A stretch of 56,181 nt of DNA from a virus (lineage: Duplodnaviria > Heunggongvirae > Uroviricota > Caudoviricetes): the IMG/VR virus record IMGVR_UViG_2565956618_000007; one strand, 5' to 3'. Below the pieces are notes generated by a model, which saw nothing but the letters and a program-made list of their open reading frames with translations, made no database searches and was not told where the DNA came from. Numbering within the stretch: the first letter of the stretch is position 1; the number at the start of each line of letters is the position of its first letter. Both the position numbers and the translations under genes were made by a program. This document shows positions 1 through 8,981 of this stretch, piece after piece.

Positions 1-187
1 TACCAATAACGGCGAGTAAGTAGTACGCATCTTACCTCTTTTTTAGAGATAACCATTATGACAATAGAAAAACACGAAAGAAGTACTAAGGATTTGGTGA
101 AAGCAGCAGTATCGGGATGGTTGGGCACTGCGCTTGAATTTATGGATTTCAAGAGTCATGCGTGTTAACTATTTGATAAATATTAAA

Positions 188-1483
188 TTAATTTTTCATT
201 GCTTCGTTATGGGGCATGGTTGGGGCAAACTCGCTTAACTGTGTATTTAACAAAGCTACCTGTGCATTATTGTTTTCAGACATCCATTTTCCGTATACCT
301 GAAATACCATTTGCGCATCTGCATGGCCCATCTGGTTTGCTATAAATGCCGGGTTAGCACCAGCTGTCAGCGACCAGCAGGCATAAGTATGTCTCGACTG
401 ATATGATTTTCGATGGCGGAGTCCGGCACGTTTTATCGCTACGTCCCACATCTGCCTTATTGAGTCAACGGTAAAATGGTCACCATAATTTTTTACTCTC
501 GCTGACACTTCAGGTTGAAAAACAAAGGTGCATTTTTGTTTTTCTGTTCTGCCATACTCTCTGAGGTGAACATCAATGATATGCTCTTTGCTCAGTCTCG
601 TTAATGTCATCTGACTCCGGAGAGCGTCGATTGCTGGCTTAATAAGATGAATGACCCGATTGGTTCCCGCCTGTGTTTTTGGTACCGTGAAACGGTCTTT
701 TGCTAAATTTCTCCTGATCATCATTGTTCCATTTTTCAGATCTATGTCCTCCCATCCAAGTGCACACAGCTCACCAGGGCGAACGCCAGTATAAACAGAA
801 ACACACCATAAATTTTTTGCTTGCTGATTTCTGCACGCATCGATAAGACGGATAAATTCTTCCCGCGAAAGAGGATCCGGAATGGTTCTTGATTCCTTTA
901 ATGGCGAGATCCCCTTAAACGGATTATCTGCCAGGTAACCGTTATCAACACCAAACTGGAACACGGCGTTAAGATTTGTCATGTAATTATTTACAGTTAC
1001 AGCCGATCTCCCTGGTTGTGTAACAATATAGTTACTTTTGGGGATCTGGTATCCAGTCAGTAACTCTTTACGAACCTCCAGTAATTTTTCTTTATTAATC
1101 GATGAGGCAAGATTTTTTTCACCGATTATGCTCAGGATATTTTTGATGACGGCACGGTATGTGTTGAGTGATGTTTTGGCGACTTCAGTTTCTTTCAGTG
1201 CCAGAAATTTTTCAGCCAGTTCTTTTATGGTTAAATCTTGTCGGGCCTCACCAAATTTTTCCAGATTGCGTGAGGAGGGAAACTGTTTTGCATAGTCGAA
1301 AACACCAGTTTTTATTGCGTAACAAACAGAGGAGCGTAGTTCACCTGCAACGCGCCTGTTTTTTGCTGTGTCAGGAACCCCCAGATTTTCCCTGACTCTT
1401 ACGCCTTTATAAACAAACCAGATACGTAATTTCCCTCCATGGTTTTCCACGCCTGTCGGATATTTCATTTCAACTTCTCTCAT
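188..1483 (-). CDS. int: Tyrosine recombinase / phage integrase (Rac IntR-like)
   Basis: 431-aa ORF; C-terminal catalytic region (…LRHRKSYQSRHTYACW…GHADAQMVFQVYGKW) fits the R..H-x-x-R..Y integrase signature; N-terminus resembles IntR-type integrases from memory. Alternative start at 1468 (MKYPTG). Confidence 0.9.
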   Translation of the reverse strand: MREVEMKYPTGVENHGGKLRIWFVYKGVRVRENLGVPDTAKNRRVAGELRSSVCYAIKTGVFDYAKQFPSSRNLEKFGEARQDLTIKELAEKFLALKETEVAKTSLNTYRAVIKNILSIIGEKNLASSINKEKLLEVRKELLTGYQIPKSNYIVTQPGRSAVTVNNYMTNLNAVFQFGVDNGYLADNPFKGISPLKESRTIPDPLSREEFIRLIDACRNQQAKNLWCVSVYTGVRPGELCALGWEDIDLKNGTMMIRRNLAKDRFTVPKTQAGTNRVIHLIKPAIDALRSQMTLTRLSKEHIIDVHLREYGRTEKQKCTFVFQPEVSARVKNYGDHFTVDSIRQMWDVAIKRAGLRHRKSYQSRHTYACWSLTAGANPAFIANQMGHADAQMVFQVYGKWMSENNNAQVALLNTQLSEFAPTMPHNEAMKN

Positions 1484-1502
1484 TAGTTAGTGTGGCTTTT
1501 AG

Positions 1503-1754
1503 TCAAGTAAGATGACGTCTTGGTCTCGCTGATGCCTGGCGCTCAATCCAGCGATCAATTTCTTCCAGGTTGTAAAAGCATGGACTGTTATCCCATGGCA
1601 TACCGTCATGAGCGACATGCTTATATTCCCTTCCTTCCATAAACGATTTTTCCCGGGCCTTTTTTAACGTACCTTTTTTTATTCCTTTCAGCGCAATTAA
1701 CTGCTCTTCGGATACCCATTTGCCGGGAGAGACAATCATGATTACTTCGCTCAT
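1503..1754 (-). CDS. xis: Excisionase-like small protein
   Basis: 83-aa basic ORF immediately upstream of and co-directional with int, 19-bp spacing; position and size typical of Xis. No sequence-level identification. Confidence 0.6.
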   Translation of the reverse strand: MSEVIMIVSPGKWVSEEQLIALKGIKKGTLKKAREKSFMEGREYKHVAHDGMPWDNSPCFYNLEEIDRWIERQASARPRRHLT

Positions 1755-1826
1755 CGATTTCTTTATCTCTTACATCAGACGAGCGCCGGTTGCAGAATAC
1801 CAGTCACAACCGGCGACAGTTGAACA

Positions 1827-4334
1827 TTAAGAATCAGCCTGACTCGGGATCAGTTTTTGCCAGATAACTGAAACGTATTTTGCCTGGTAACGGGCGTCAT
1901 CAAGTGCATTATGGCGCTCACCTTCGAATGGAATAGCCGTTCTGGCATCGAAGTCTATGGCTTTCCCCAGCTCAACGATTGTGCGTACATCGCGATCGTT
2001 GTAGTAACGCCACGGGCAGGGGATCCCCTGCCGTTCGTATGAACGGCGCAAAATCGTGTTGTCGAAGTTGGCTCCATTTCCCCAAACCTGAACAAAAAAT
2101 TCACCGGAGTTTTCGTCGATAAATTCCCGCAATTGTAACAGTGCATCATCTAACGGGATTTCATCGGTCATAATGGCAGATTGCGCTTCGCGTGATTGCT
2201 TAAGCCACCATTTAATGGTGTCCCGATCAATGACTCCGCCAGCAGTTTCCAGATCGATAGTCTTACTAAATTCCGGTCCCATATCTCCGGTTTGCGGATC
2301 GAAAAATATTGCACCTATTGAGATGATCGGGGCATCAGGATTTTTTCCCATGGTTTCAAGGTCGATCATTAGATGGTCACACGCCCTGCTGGTGGATGTG
2401 ATTTCGTGATGACCGTTCACCTTAATTGGGTGATCTGCCGTCTCGCCAGTTTCATTATCGCTATTGTGATGCTGATTGCCGCCAGTGTTCTCCTTGTGTG
2501 GATGTTCAGCGCCTTGCATTTCCTCCGGATCATCTTCCTGAACTTCAACCTGATACTCTTCATCGAATGTTTCCTGGTATGTTGCGTCGCCCATCACCGC
2601 GCCACAATCAGGGCAGTTGCCGCCGCCGGTCTGACCGCAGGCGGTGCAGACTTTTTCCACTTCCTGTTGCGCTACTGGTTCAGGCTGTTTCGTTACTGGC
2701 TCGTTTTGTAACGCATTTGGACTGTTTTGTTCCGCTTTTTGGTAGTTCCGTTCCGATTCATGCTGGTTCTGGTTCACAGAATCGCGGGTCTGGATCCCCT
2801 TAACCCATTTCGGATCATTCGGGTCACTAATCCCTTCAACAAATTCACCACGTGATGCAGCAAGCAACTTATCAGCGTCAGGCTGGCTGATATTGGCTGC
2901 CTGCATAATTTTGTTTACTTCGTCAGCGGTAACTTTTATCGGCTCTGGTTGTTCTGAATCTTCAGCGGTATCTACATTTTGCGGTAAGCCCGTGTATGTG
3001 CCATTTTTTCGGGCAAAATATTCTTCTTTTGTGATTTCAGTGGCGCCAGCAGCCAGTGCCTTATCCAGACCAGAAAGTTTGTTTGCGCGACCGTATTTTT
3101 CTCCGTCCTTATCTGCGAAGAGGAAATAGAACGGCCCCTCACGCTCTACAGATGGTTCAGCTTCCGGCGCGGTTTCATTTTTTGGGATATCAGATACCTC
3201 AGTTTCCACTGCATCAGTTTGTGTTTCTGATGACTGGAGAACATCAACAGTGCCCAGGTCTGTTTCTTCATTCTCAAACACGCCCTTTGTCGTCAGGTAT
3301 TCGCAGATATATTTGTTCAGTGCTACGGGATCTTTGTGAATGTCGATCGGACGCTCACGGACAAGGCCAAAAATAGTCTGGCGGTCGTAGCGAAGGGCAT
3401 CAGGCTGTTTGCGCATTGATGCCGAGATACGCTTCCAGTCTTCGCGGTCGTTGTCGATAACTTCTTTTTTTGCCCAGCGATGGATGCTGCCGTCAATGTT
3501 TCCGGCATCCACATCACCAGGCCAGAGAGCGTAGGCCAGTTCGTCATCCAGTGTTTTCCATGTCTGCTTGTATTCGCGATGAATGGCAGCAATGACCGGG
3601 CTGATTTTTCCTGTTGAATTTTCAGTGTACTGTTGATTGGCTCTGGCGCGGGCGAGATCAACAACAGACGTGTATTTTCCGGTTTCCTTGCGTTCACCTT
3701 CGCGACGTTTTTTCCAGATGCGCATCTCTGCCTGAATTTCGGGCCATTTAGCACCAGGAATACATTTATGCTTAACCCACCCAATGGCGTGCAACTTAAG
3801 CTCCGGATACATGGCGTTAACTTCTGGCATTTTCATCAACGCTTCAACGATATGTCCGTCGAATGTTGCCATGTCTTCCTGCAACAATTCCTGTGCGCTA
3901 ATAACCATATCAACGGTGATGTTTTCACATGTGTCGAACTTAACCATGACAGCGTTCTGTACTTCAGGGGCCAGCTTGTCAAAAGTGACGTTCATCGGAT
4001 CGGATTCAGTCTCAACCGGGACAAAAGAAGCAGACTCCTCATCCCAGCGGTTTTCCTGCATATATTCAGCATCCCATGAATCGAGGGCAGGGCGGGGTAT
4101 GCCAGGTTTATCCTCGCAGACAATAAATTTATAAGCGCAGTCCTGAGCAGCCGGATAATGTTCCAGGAATTGCCAGTGAAATTTTGCTCGAGCACGGCGT
4201 TCGTCGCCAGCTTCAATGGCTGTGGCTACAGCCACAGCGCCTTCTTCCCTTGTTGCCAGTTCGTCAGGAATAGCGGCGCAAATAAAGACTTTACTCATTT
4301 GTTTTAACCTCATGACAGATTTAAGGATGAACAA
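1827..4334 (-). CDS. RecE-like (exonuclease VIII family) protein with C-terminal DnaQ/DEDDh-type 3'-5' exonuclease domain
   Basis: 835-aa ORF; internal segment KLLAASRGEFVEGISDPNDPKWVKGIQTRD matches remembered RecE sequence; C-terminus carries D-x-E (MIDLETMG), FD and H-x4-D (HNALDDA) motifs typical of DEDDh exonucleases. No recT-like gene adjacent. Confidence 0.8.
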   Translation of the reverse strand: MFILKSVMRLKQMSKVFICAAIPDELATREEGAVAVATAIEAGDERRARAKFHWQFLEHYPAAQDCAYKFIVCEDKPGIPRPALDSWDAEYMQENRWDEESASFVPVETESDPMNVTFDKLAPEVQNAVMVKFDTCENITVDMVISAQELLQEDMATFDGHIVEALMKMPEVNAMYPELKLHAIGWVKHKCIPGAKWPEIQAEMRIWKKRREGERKETGKYTSVVDLARARANQQYTENSTGKISPVIAAIHREYKQTWKTLDDELAYALWPGDVDAGNIDGSIHRWAKKEVIDNDREDWKRISASMRKQPDALRYDRQTIFGLVRERPIDIHKDPVALNKYICEYLTTKGVFENEETDLGTVDVLQSSETQTDAVETEVSDIPKNETAPEAEPSVEREGPFYFLFADKDGEKYGRANKLSGLDKALAAGATEITKEEYFARKNGTYTGLPQNVDTAEDSEQPEPIKVTADEVNKIMQAANISQPDADKLLAASRGEFVEGISDPNDPKWVKGIQTRDSVNQNQHESERNYQKAEQNSPNALQNEPVTKQPEPVAQQEVEKVCTACGQTGGGNCPDCGAVMGDATYQETFDEEYQVEVQEDDPEEMQGAEHPHKENTGGNQHHNSDNETGETADHPIKVNGHHEITSTSRACDHLMIDLETMGKNPDAPIISIGAIFFDPQTGDMGPEFSKTIDLETAGGVIDRDTIKWWLKQSREAQSAIMTDEIPLDDALLQLREFIDENSGEFFVQVWGNGANFDNTILRRSYERQGIPCPWRYYNDRDVRTIVELGKAIDFDARTAIPFEGERHNALDDARYQAKYVSVIWQKLIPSQADS

Positions 4335-4390
4335 ATCCCTGCCATTGCTGGCATATAAGAATGAAACCGGATATTTATTACGGAACTGTT

Positions 4391-4582
4391 TTAAAGACCT
4401 GCCGGGATTTCGATATTATCCTGGTGAATAACTTTATCGACCGGGTAACAGTTACCGGGAATTTTCTGTTCGGTTGCTGCAGTCATACACTCCTGCATTG
4501 TCCTGTGAACACTGACTGCAATATCAACTGGCTCTCCGGAAACAAGAAAAACTGTCAGAACAAGCACAAATGCTGAATTCAT
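4391..4582 (-). CDS. ydfD: YdfD-like small lysis protein with N-terminal hydrophobic helix
   Basis: 63-aa product from internal Met (MNSAFVLVLTVFLVSGEP…); start overlaps stop of upstream gene (ATGA coupling); size and position after dicB match Qin ydfD. Confidence 0.55.
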   Translation of the reverse strand: MNSAFVLVLTVFLVSGEPVDIAVSVHRTMQECMTAATEQKIPGNCYPVDKVIHQDNIEIPAGL

Positions 4583-4767
4583 TGTGCACATCCTTTTGGC
4601 ATCAGACGTAAACGAGCCAGCATTGAAACAATGCATATTTTATTTAATAGCTCCCGTTCTTGTTTTCTCTTGTTAATGGCATCTTCAGTAAATACTGGGT
4701 TACTGATAGTGACACCAATTTCAAAACAACCTTCAGACGTATTAACGTTTGGTAATAACGTTTTCAT
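4579..4767 (-). CDS. dicB: DicB-like cell-division inhibitor
   Basis: 62-aa product from internal Met (MKTLLPNVNTSEGCFEIG…); lies immediately downstream of the DicF sRNA, as in the dicB operon. Confidence 0.6.
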   Translation of the reverse strand: MKTLLPNVNTSEGCFEIGVTISNPVFTEDAINKRKQERELLNKICIVSMLARLRLMPKGCAQ

Positions 4768-4935
4768 TATCGCGTCCTCAACAATGAATTTTGTGATGCA
4801 GTGCCTGGTGCCTCCAGGTGACGTTAACCAGTTAACAATTAACGCCGGATACAGAGAATCCACCCATAACACTGTTTTTGGTTTTAACTGTTCCGCGTGC
4901 GCTCAGCCGCATTCACCACATCACAAAATTCACTT

Positions 4936-4994
4936 TAAAAAGGGCGGCAGAGCAGTCACGGAGTAAAACTGATACCGCCAAACGTCACCAGAAA
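4936..4994 (-). ncRNA. dicF: DicF small RNA with intrinsic terminator
   Basis: Reverse complement reads TTTCTGGTGACGTTTGGCGGTATCAGTTTTACTCCGTGACTGCTCTGCCGCCCTTTTT, which matches DicF as remembered, including the GC stem and U-run; sits between the upstream ORF and dicB. Confidence 0.75.
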
Positions 4995-5253
4995 ATTGAT
5001 AACAGAGGGCGTTGCAGCGGGGTTGTCACTTAAGCGTATGGTCAACCTGACAACCCGGTGTCCTCAACGGGGAAGGAATAACCCCGCCATACTTACCGCC
5101 GCGCCATTTTGCGGGTTGCCACAACCGGAAGCGCACGGTCGAATTAAATTTAACGACACCGTACAGTGAGACGAACTTCGCCGTGCGCTTTCGTGTTGTG
5201 TGCCTGCTTTTAACCACGTCAGGCGAGGTGGTATCCTTAAAATCACCACAGTT

Positions 5254-5829
5254 TTAAGGATTCATTAAGCAATGTCGCAACCACCAATAAATCCGCTTAA
5301 GAACATGAAAATTGATTACTGGTATAAAGCGCTTACAGTTGTTGGCGCTGCGTTGTTTGTCTTTAATGGAACGTCTTTTTTTGACAGATATCCCGTTGTT
5401 CCATTGGGTTTTTTGTCCTCCGGCATCTTTTTTATTGGTTTGGGGGAGTGGATTAATCACCCTCTCAAAGTGAGATTTATTGGCCCTGGAGTTTGGACTC
5501 GTGGATATAATCGTTTTTCGTGCGCACTCGGTATCATCTTCGACATACTTGGTTGTTTCCTGATTGTTACAGGAGTCGTCAAGTTCTTCTGATGTAAAAC
5601 CGCAAATGGGGCACGTAACGGGAATTTTGAAAAGCGTTTCTCCGGGTTCCAGAACAAAATTTTCTGCGGTCTGATTTTGCTTCTCATATTTGTGCTCCGC
5701 GTCATTGTGAGAGCACATTCTTATTCTGAGTGCCTGTTTAAACTCACTGAAGCTGAGAGCTTCTTCGCCTTCGGCAAGGCCTTCGAAGTATTCTTCGTAA
5801 GCCTTTTCCATGATTGTGTCGAAATCCAT
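5254..5829 (-). CDS. Hypothetical dicB-operon protein (ydfABC position); acidic N-terminal domain with Cys-x2-Cys motif
   Basis: Start at MDFDTIMEK with RBS AGGTGAG about 7 nt upstream; N-terminal ~90 aa look protein-like (…KIPVTCPICGF…); C-terminal basic tail is less convincing but no stop occurs before 5254. Confidence 0.5.
   Translation of the reverse strand: MDFDTIMEKAYEEYFEGLAEGEEALSFSEFKQALRIRMCSHNDAEHKYEKQNQTAENFVLEPGETLFKIPVTCPICGFTSEELDDSCNNQETTKYVEDDTECARKTIISTSPNSRANKSHFERVINPLPQTNKKDAGGQKTQWNNGISVKKRRSIKDKQRSANNCKRFIPVINFHVLKRIYWWLRHCLMNP
5272..5592 (+). CDS. Possible small membrane protein encoded antisense within 5254..5829; may be a shadow ORF
   Basis: 106-aa ORF with three hydrophobic stretches; fully embedded antisense in the Lys/Asn-rich tail of the opposite ORF, which could create the hydrophobicity artefactually. 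Confidence 0.25.
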   Translation: MSQPPINPLKNMKIDYWYKALTVVGAALFVFNGTSFFDRYPVVPLGFLSSGIFFIGLGEWINHPLKVRFIGPGVWTRGYNRFSCALGIIFDILGCFLIVTGVVKFF

Positions 5830-6099
5830 ATCACTCACCTGAGTTTCTTTCCAGCCAGCGACGGGCACCATTTTCGGTTTTAAACGTTTTGCTTTTGGTA
5901 TACGTCATCGCGGTGAACGTGCCGTCCTGGTTGGGGAACACGCCACATACCAGAGATTCGCTGTTGCCAAGATCGATAGTATCCATGCTGACCTCATTTC
6001 CCCTTAACGCCGGGGTAGCGGAACTGTTTGCTGAGAACACCGTGCGGTGTCTTGATGGAAAGTAATTTAGAATAACCTAACATGAGAGGCAAGTGTTTT

Positions 6100-6119
6100 T
6101 TGTTAGATTAGTCTAACAA
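6100..6119. promoter_or_regulatory. Operator-like perfect palindrome TTGTTAGA-N4-TCTAACAA downstream of the repressor gene (OL-like)
   Basis: 20-bp perfect inverted repeat read directly; sits at the head of the leftward dicB-type operon and shares its half-site with the palindrome at 6612-6629. Confidence 0.5.
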
Positions 6120-6154
6120 AAAGAGTGGGCGCAACTAATCACTTGAAAAGAATG

Positions 6155-6562
6155 TTATTTTATTGATTTATTTTTACGCGCTTTAAGCATTTCTTCGAAG
6201 AGTTTGTTGAAGTTTTCTACTCTTGCGCGCATTTCAGACAGCAAGGCTTCCTGCTCGGAAGATGGAAGAGCATCGAATAATTCGATCAATTCTTTGTGGT
6301 TGGGAGTTAGCTCTGTTTCCACATGAAGTTCTTGTGCAGGCACTGGTGCCTTGTCTTCGTCACCAAACATTAGCCATGTAGGTGAGCACTTCAGAGCATC
6401 CGCTAAAGCAAACAATCGTTTTCCGACTGGCTGGGTTTCGTCTCTTTCCCATTGTGAAATTGTGACGTGAGCAACTCCAGCGAGGCGCGCAGCTTCTCGT
6501 TGTGTTAAGCGTAATTCTTTTCGTCGCGCCAGAACTCGCTGGCCTAGGGTTCTTGTATCCAT
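6155..6562 (-). CDS. dicA: CI-type HTH repressor, DicA-like
   Basis: 135-aa ORF; HTH region (LTQREAARLAGVAHVTISQWE) and C-terminal …CSPTWLMFGDEDK…ELIELFDALPSSEQ…EMRARVENFNKLFEEMLKAR match remembered DicA; divergent from Cro-like gene. Confidence 0.85.
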   Translation of the reverse strand: MDTRTLGQRVLARRKELRLTQREAARLAGVAHVTISQWERDETQPVGKRLFALADALKCSPTWLMFGDEDKAPVPAQELHVETELTPNHKELIELFDALPSSEQEALLSEMRARVENFNKLFEEMLKARKNKSIK

Positions 6563-6584
6563 AGTTAGGTAATTCTAATTTTTC

Positions 6585-6629
6585 TTGACTTAGATATCCC
6601 GCGCACAATAATGTTAGAAAAGTCTAACA
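6585..6629 (+). promoter_or_regulatory. Rightward promoter (TTGACT-17 bp-ATAATG) overlapping operator palindrome TGTTAGA-N4-TCTAACA
   Basis: Near-consensus sigma70 -35/-10 with 17-bp spacer read directly; the palindrome overlaps the -10 and predicted start; located in the dicA-dicC intergenic region. Confidence 0.5.
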
Positions 6630-6642
6630 AGAGGGGGCTTTG

Positions 6643-6870
6643 ATGCTTAAAGTTGACGCAATTACTTTTTTTGGCAGCAAAACAAAGCTTGCCAATGCCG
6701 CAGGAGTGAGACTGGCAAGTGTTGCTGCTTGGGGGATACTGGTTCCTGAAGGTCGCGCGATGCGTCTACAGGAGGCATCTGGCGGGGAGCTTCTGTATGA
6801 TCCCAAGGTTTATGACGAATATCGTAAGACGAAGCGGGCGGGGCGGTTGAACAATGAAAATCACTCCTGA
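6643..6870 (+). CDS. dicC: Cro-like HTH protein, DicC-like
   Basis: ATG at 6643 preceded by RBS GAGGGGG; 75-aa product with …FGSKTKLANAAGVRLASVAAWG…PEGRAMRLQ… Cro/DicC-type signature; divergent from repressor. Confidence 0.8.
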   Translation: MLKVDAITFFGSKTKLANAAGVRLASVAAWGILVPEGRAMRLQEASGGELLYDPKVYDEYRKTKRAGRLNNENHS

Positions 6871-7375
6871 ACAGGCTCGTGAGGCTCTGGATGCCTGGAT
6901 ATGTCGACCAGGAATGACACAGGAGCAGGCGACGATATTAATCACTGAAGCATTCTGGGCTTTGAAAGAGCGCCCGAACATCGATGTTCAGCGTGTCACA
7001 GATGAAGGTGGCGCGGTTGATCAGCGAGCGCTTGGCGTTAATCGAGTGAAGATATTCGAACGCTGGAAGGCTATCGACACCAGGGATAAGCGTGAAAAGT
7101 TCACGGCGCTAGTGCCTGCAATTATGGAGGCTATCCGGATTAATGATTTCAGGTTGTATCGTGAAATTAGTGACGGAAAAAGCATCACGTACATGATCGC
7201 CGGGTTAAACAAAGAATATGGCGATGTGGTGGAGTCCGGACTGCTTTTTGCTGATCCTGCCGTAGTGGATCGTGAAACTGACGAACTTATAGAAAAAGCA
7301 ATTGCTTTCAAACTTGCGTATCGACAGCAATACCAACAAAAAGCTGGATGGAATTATGAGCCTTCTTTTTGCTGA
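6854..7375 (+). CDS. YdaT-like early-operon protein
   Basis: 173-aa ORF overlapping the end of the Cro-like gene; position matches ydaT-type genes after cro in Rac/Qin-like prophages; sequence assignment tentative. Confidence 0.55.
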   Translation: MKITPEQAREALDAWICRPGMTQEQATILITEAFWALKERPNIDVQRVTDEGGAVDQRALGVNRVKIFERWKAIDTRDKREKFTALVPAIMEAIRINDFRLYREISDGKSITYMIAGLNKEYGDVVESGLLFADPAVVDRETDELIEKAIAFKLAYRQQYQQKAGWNYEPSFC

Positions 7376-8321
7376 ACGCCCACTGGTTATAAACACACAG
7401 CTTGCGATGAAGATTGGCTTAAATGAAGCCATTGTGTTGCAGCAGTTGCATTACTGGTTGAGAGATACCAATTCCGGCATGGAATGTGATGGTGTTCGCT
7501 GGATTTACAACACAACGGAACAATGGCTGGAACAGTTCCCATTCTGGTCAGAGTCAACGTTAAAGCGCGCGTTTGCAAGTCTGAAAACGCTGGGGCTTTT
7601 GCGTTGTGAAAAGCTCAATAAATCAAAGCGCGATATGACCAATTTCTACACGATTAACTATGGGAGCGAGCTTTTAGATGATGGCAAATTGAGCGAATCC
7701 ATCGGTTCAAAATGCGCCGCTCCATCAGGTCAAAATGACACGATGGAAGAGGTCAAAATGAAACGCTCCATTGGTTCAAAACGACCCAATGTCATCGGGT
7801 CAAAATGGCCCGATGATCCTACAGAGAATACAACAGAGATTACTACAGAGAATAAAAACACTTTTCGTCCGGAAGCTTCGCAACCGGACCCGCAGACGGC
7901 TGAACAGGATTTTTTAATCCGGCACCCTGGCGCAGTTGTGTTTAGTGCGAAAAAACGCCAGTGGGGTAGCCAGGAGGATCTGGCGTGTGCGCAGTGGATA
8001 TGGGGGCGGATCGTGGGTCTCTACGAACAGGCCGCCAGTGATGATGGCGAGATCATGCGACCAAAAGAGCCTAACTGGACTGTCTGGGCCAATGATGTGC
8101 GCACAATGCGGATGCTGGATGGCAGAAGCCACAGACAAATTTGTGAAATGTTTGGTCGGGTACAGCGGGATCCATTCTGGGTAAAAAACATCATGAGCCC
8201 GTCAAAGCTCCGCGAAAAATGGGACGAACTGGTCATCCGCCTGGGGCGTTCACCTGTACAGCGTTGTGTTAATCATATTTCTGAACCGGATACAGAAATT
8301 CCGCCTGGTTTCAGAGGATAA
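7356..8321 (+). CDS. Phage replication initiation protein (O-like, iteron-containing; C-terminal DnaT-like region)
   Basis: ATG at 7356 (the 7302 start in the ORF track is TTG inside the upstream gene); N-terminal wHTH-like segment; internal repeated SIGSK/IGSK peptide motifs encoded by DNA iterons; position after cro-like genes. Confidence 0.7.
   Translation: MSLLFAERPLVINTQLAMKIGLNEAIVLQQLHYWLRDTNSGMECDGVRWIYNTTEQWLEQFPFWSESTLKRAFASLKTLGLLRCEKLNKSKRDMTNFYTINYGSELLDDGKLSESIGSKCAAPSGQNDTMEEVKMKRSIGSKRPNVIGSKWPDDPTENTTEITTENKNTFRPEASQPDPQTAEQDFLIRHPGAVVFSAKKRQWGSQEDLACAQWIWGRIVGLYEQAASDDGEIMRPKEPNWTVWANDVRTMRMLDGRSHRQICEMFGRVQRDPFWVKNIMSPSKLREKWDELVIRLGRSPVQRCVNHISEPDTEIPPGFRG
7704..7809 (+). 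repeat. Five iterons GGT(T/C)CAAAA(T/C)G at 22-26 bp spacing inside the replication gene, followed by AT-rich ACAGAGAATA direct repeats: candidate ori
   Basis: Copies start at about 7704, 7728, 7751, 7773 and 7799; arrangement mirrors lambda ori inside gene O (iterons followed by an AT-rich segment). Confidence 0.6.
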
Positions 8322-8361
8322 GTTTTGATTTCAGGTCATGAGGTAATTTTAAGGGGGACTT

Positions 8362-8763
8362 GTGGCAAAAGTTTTTACACAAGAAGAGCGGGAAAAAATT
8401 AAAGGGCAGGTGGTGGAACTCGTGCGCCAGAGCGGTCGTGAGACGTTACGGCAACTGGAAGCTAAAACAGGTGCGACTAGATATCTGATGAGCGTTCTTG
8501 CCAGAGAGCTGGTAGCCAGTGGCGATGTATACAACTCCGGCTACGGGTTATTCCCGTCTGAACAGGCGCGTAAGGACTGGCAAAACGCCCGCAAAAAACT
8601 CTCGAGGGCAAAGGTGAAGAAAACAGCTGTGGTTGATCCGGACCTTATCTGGTCGTTACCTGATGGAGAAATACGTCGCTACGACAGTCGCCTAAACATA
8701 ATCTGTCGCGAGTGCCGGATGAGTGAAGTTATGCAGCGCATACTGGCATTTTATCAGGGATAA
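8362..8763 (+). CDS. Hypothetical protein (GTG start)
   Basis: 133-aa ORF with RBS AAGGGGG 5 nt upstream of GTG; basic, possibly DNA-binding; no family recognised. Confidence 0.55.
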   Translation: MAKVFTQEEREKIKGQVVELVRQSGRETLRQLEAKTGATRYLMSVLARELVASGDVYNSGYGLFPSEQARKDWQNARKKLSRAKVKKTAVVDPDLIWSLPDGEIRRYDSRLNIICRECRMSEVMQRILAFYQG

Positions 8764-8981
8764 TGTTAGGTATTTTAGACGTTACTAGATTAAAAAGCAT
8801 TAGTTCAGGAGTGAATTGACATTCTCATTTTTCATGGCACAGGGTAGATCTGGCGTGGTTGTCCGCTTTGTGCCAAAAGCGGACATCGAATAATTTCAGC
8901 AGCACTCAACCTTATTAACCAAATCGCCTCAACTCATATGGACATGCATCCGGAAGTGCCAACTTCGTAAACTTATTCACT

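Noticed and set aside
1-187. tRNA gene or defined attL core at the integrase-proximal edge
   Set aside because: No tRNA-like cloverleaf could be read by eye. A 37-codon ORF ends at 171, but the host target gene is not identifiable from this short flank, so the att site is left unassigned.
3323-3784. 153-aa minus-strand ORF and several other ORFs of 60-150 aa inside the RecE-like gene
   Set aside because: All are embedded in alternative frames or antisense within a long, well-supported coding region; no independent signals.
4631-4966. 111-aa plus-strand ORF
   Set aside because: It lies antisense across dicB and the DicF sRNA with its terminator; no RBS; best explained as a shadow ORF.
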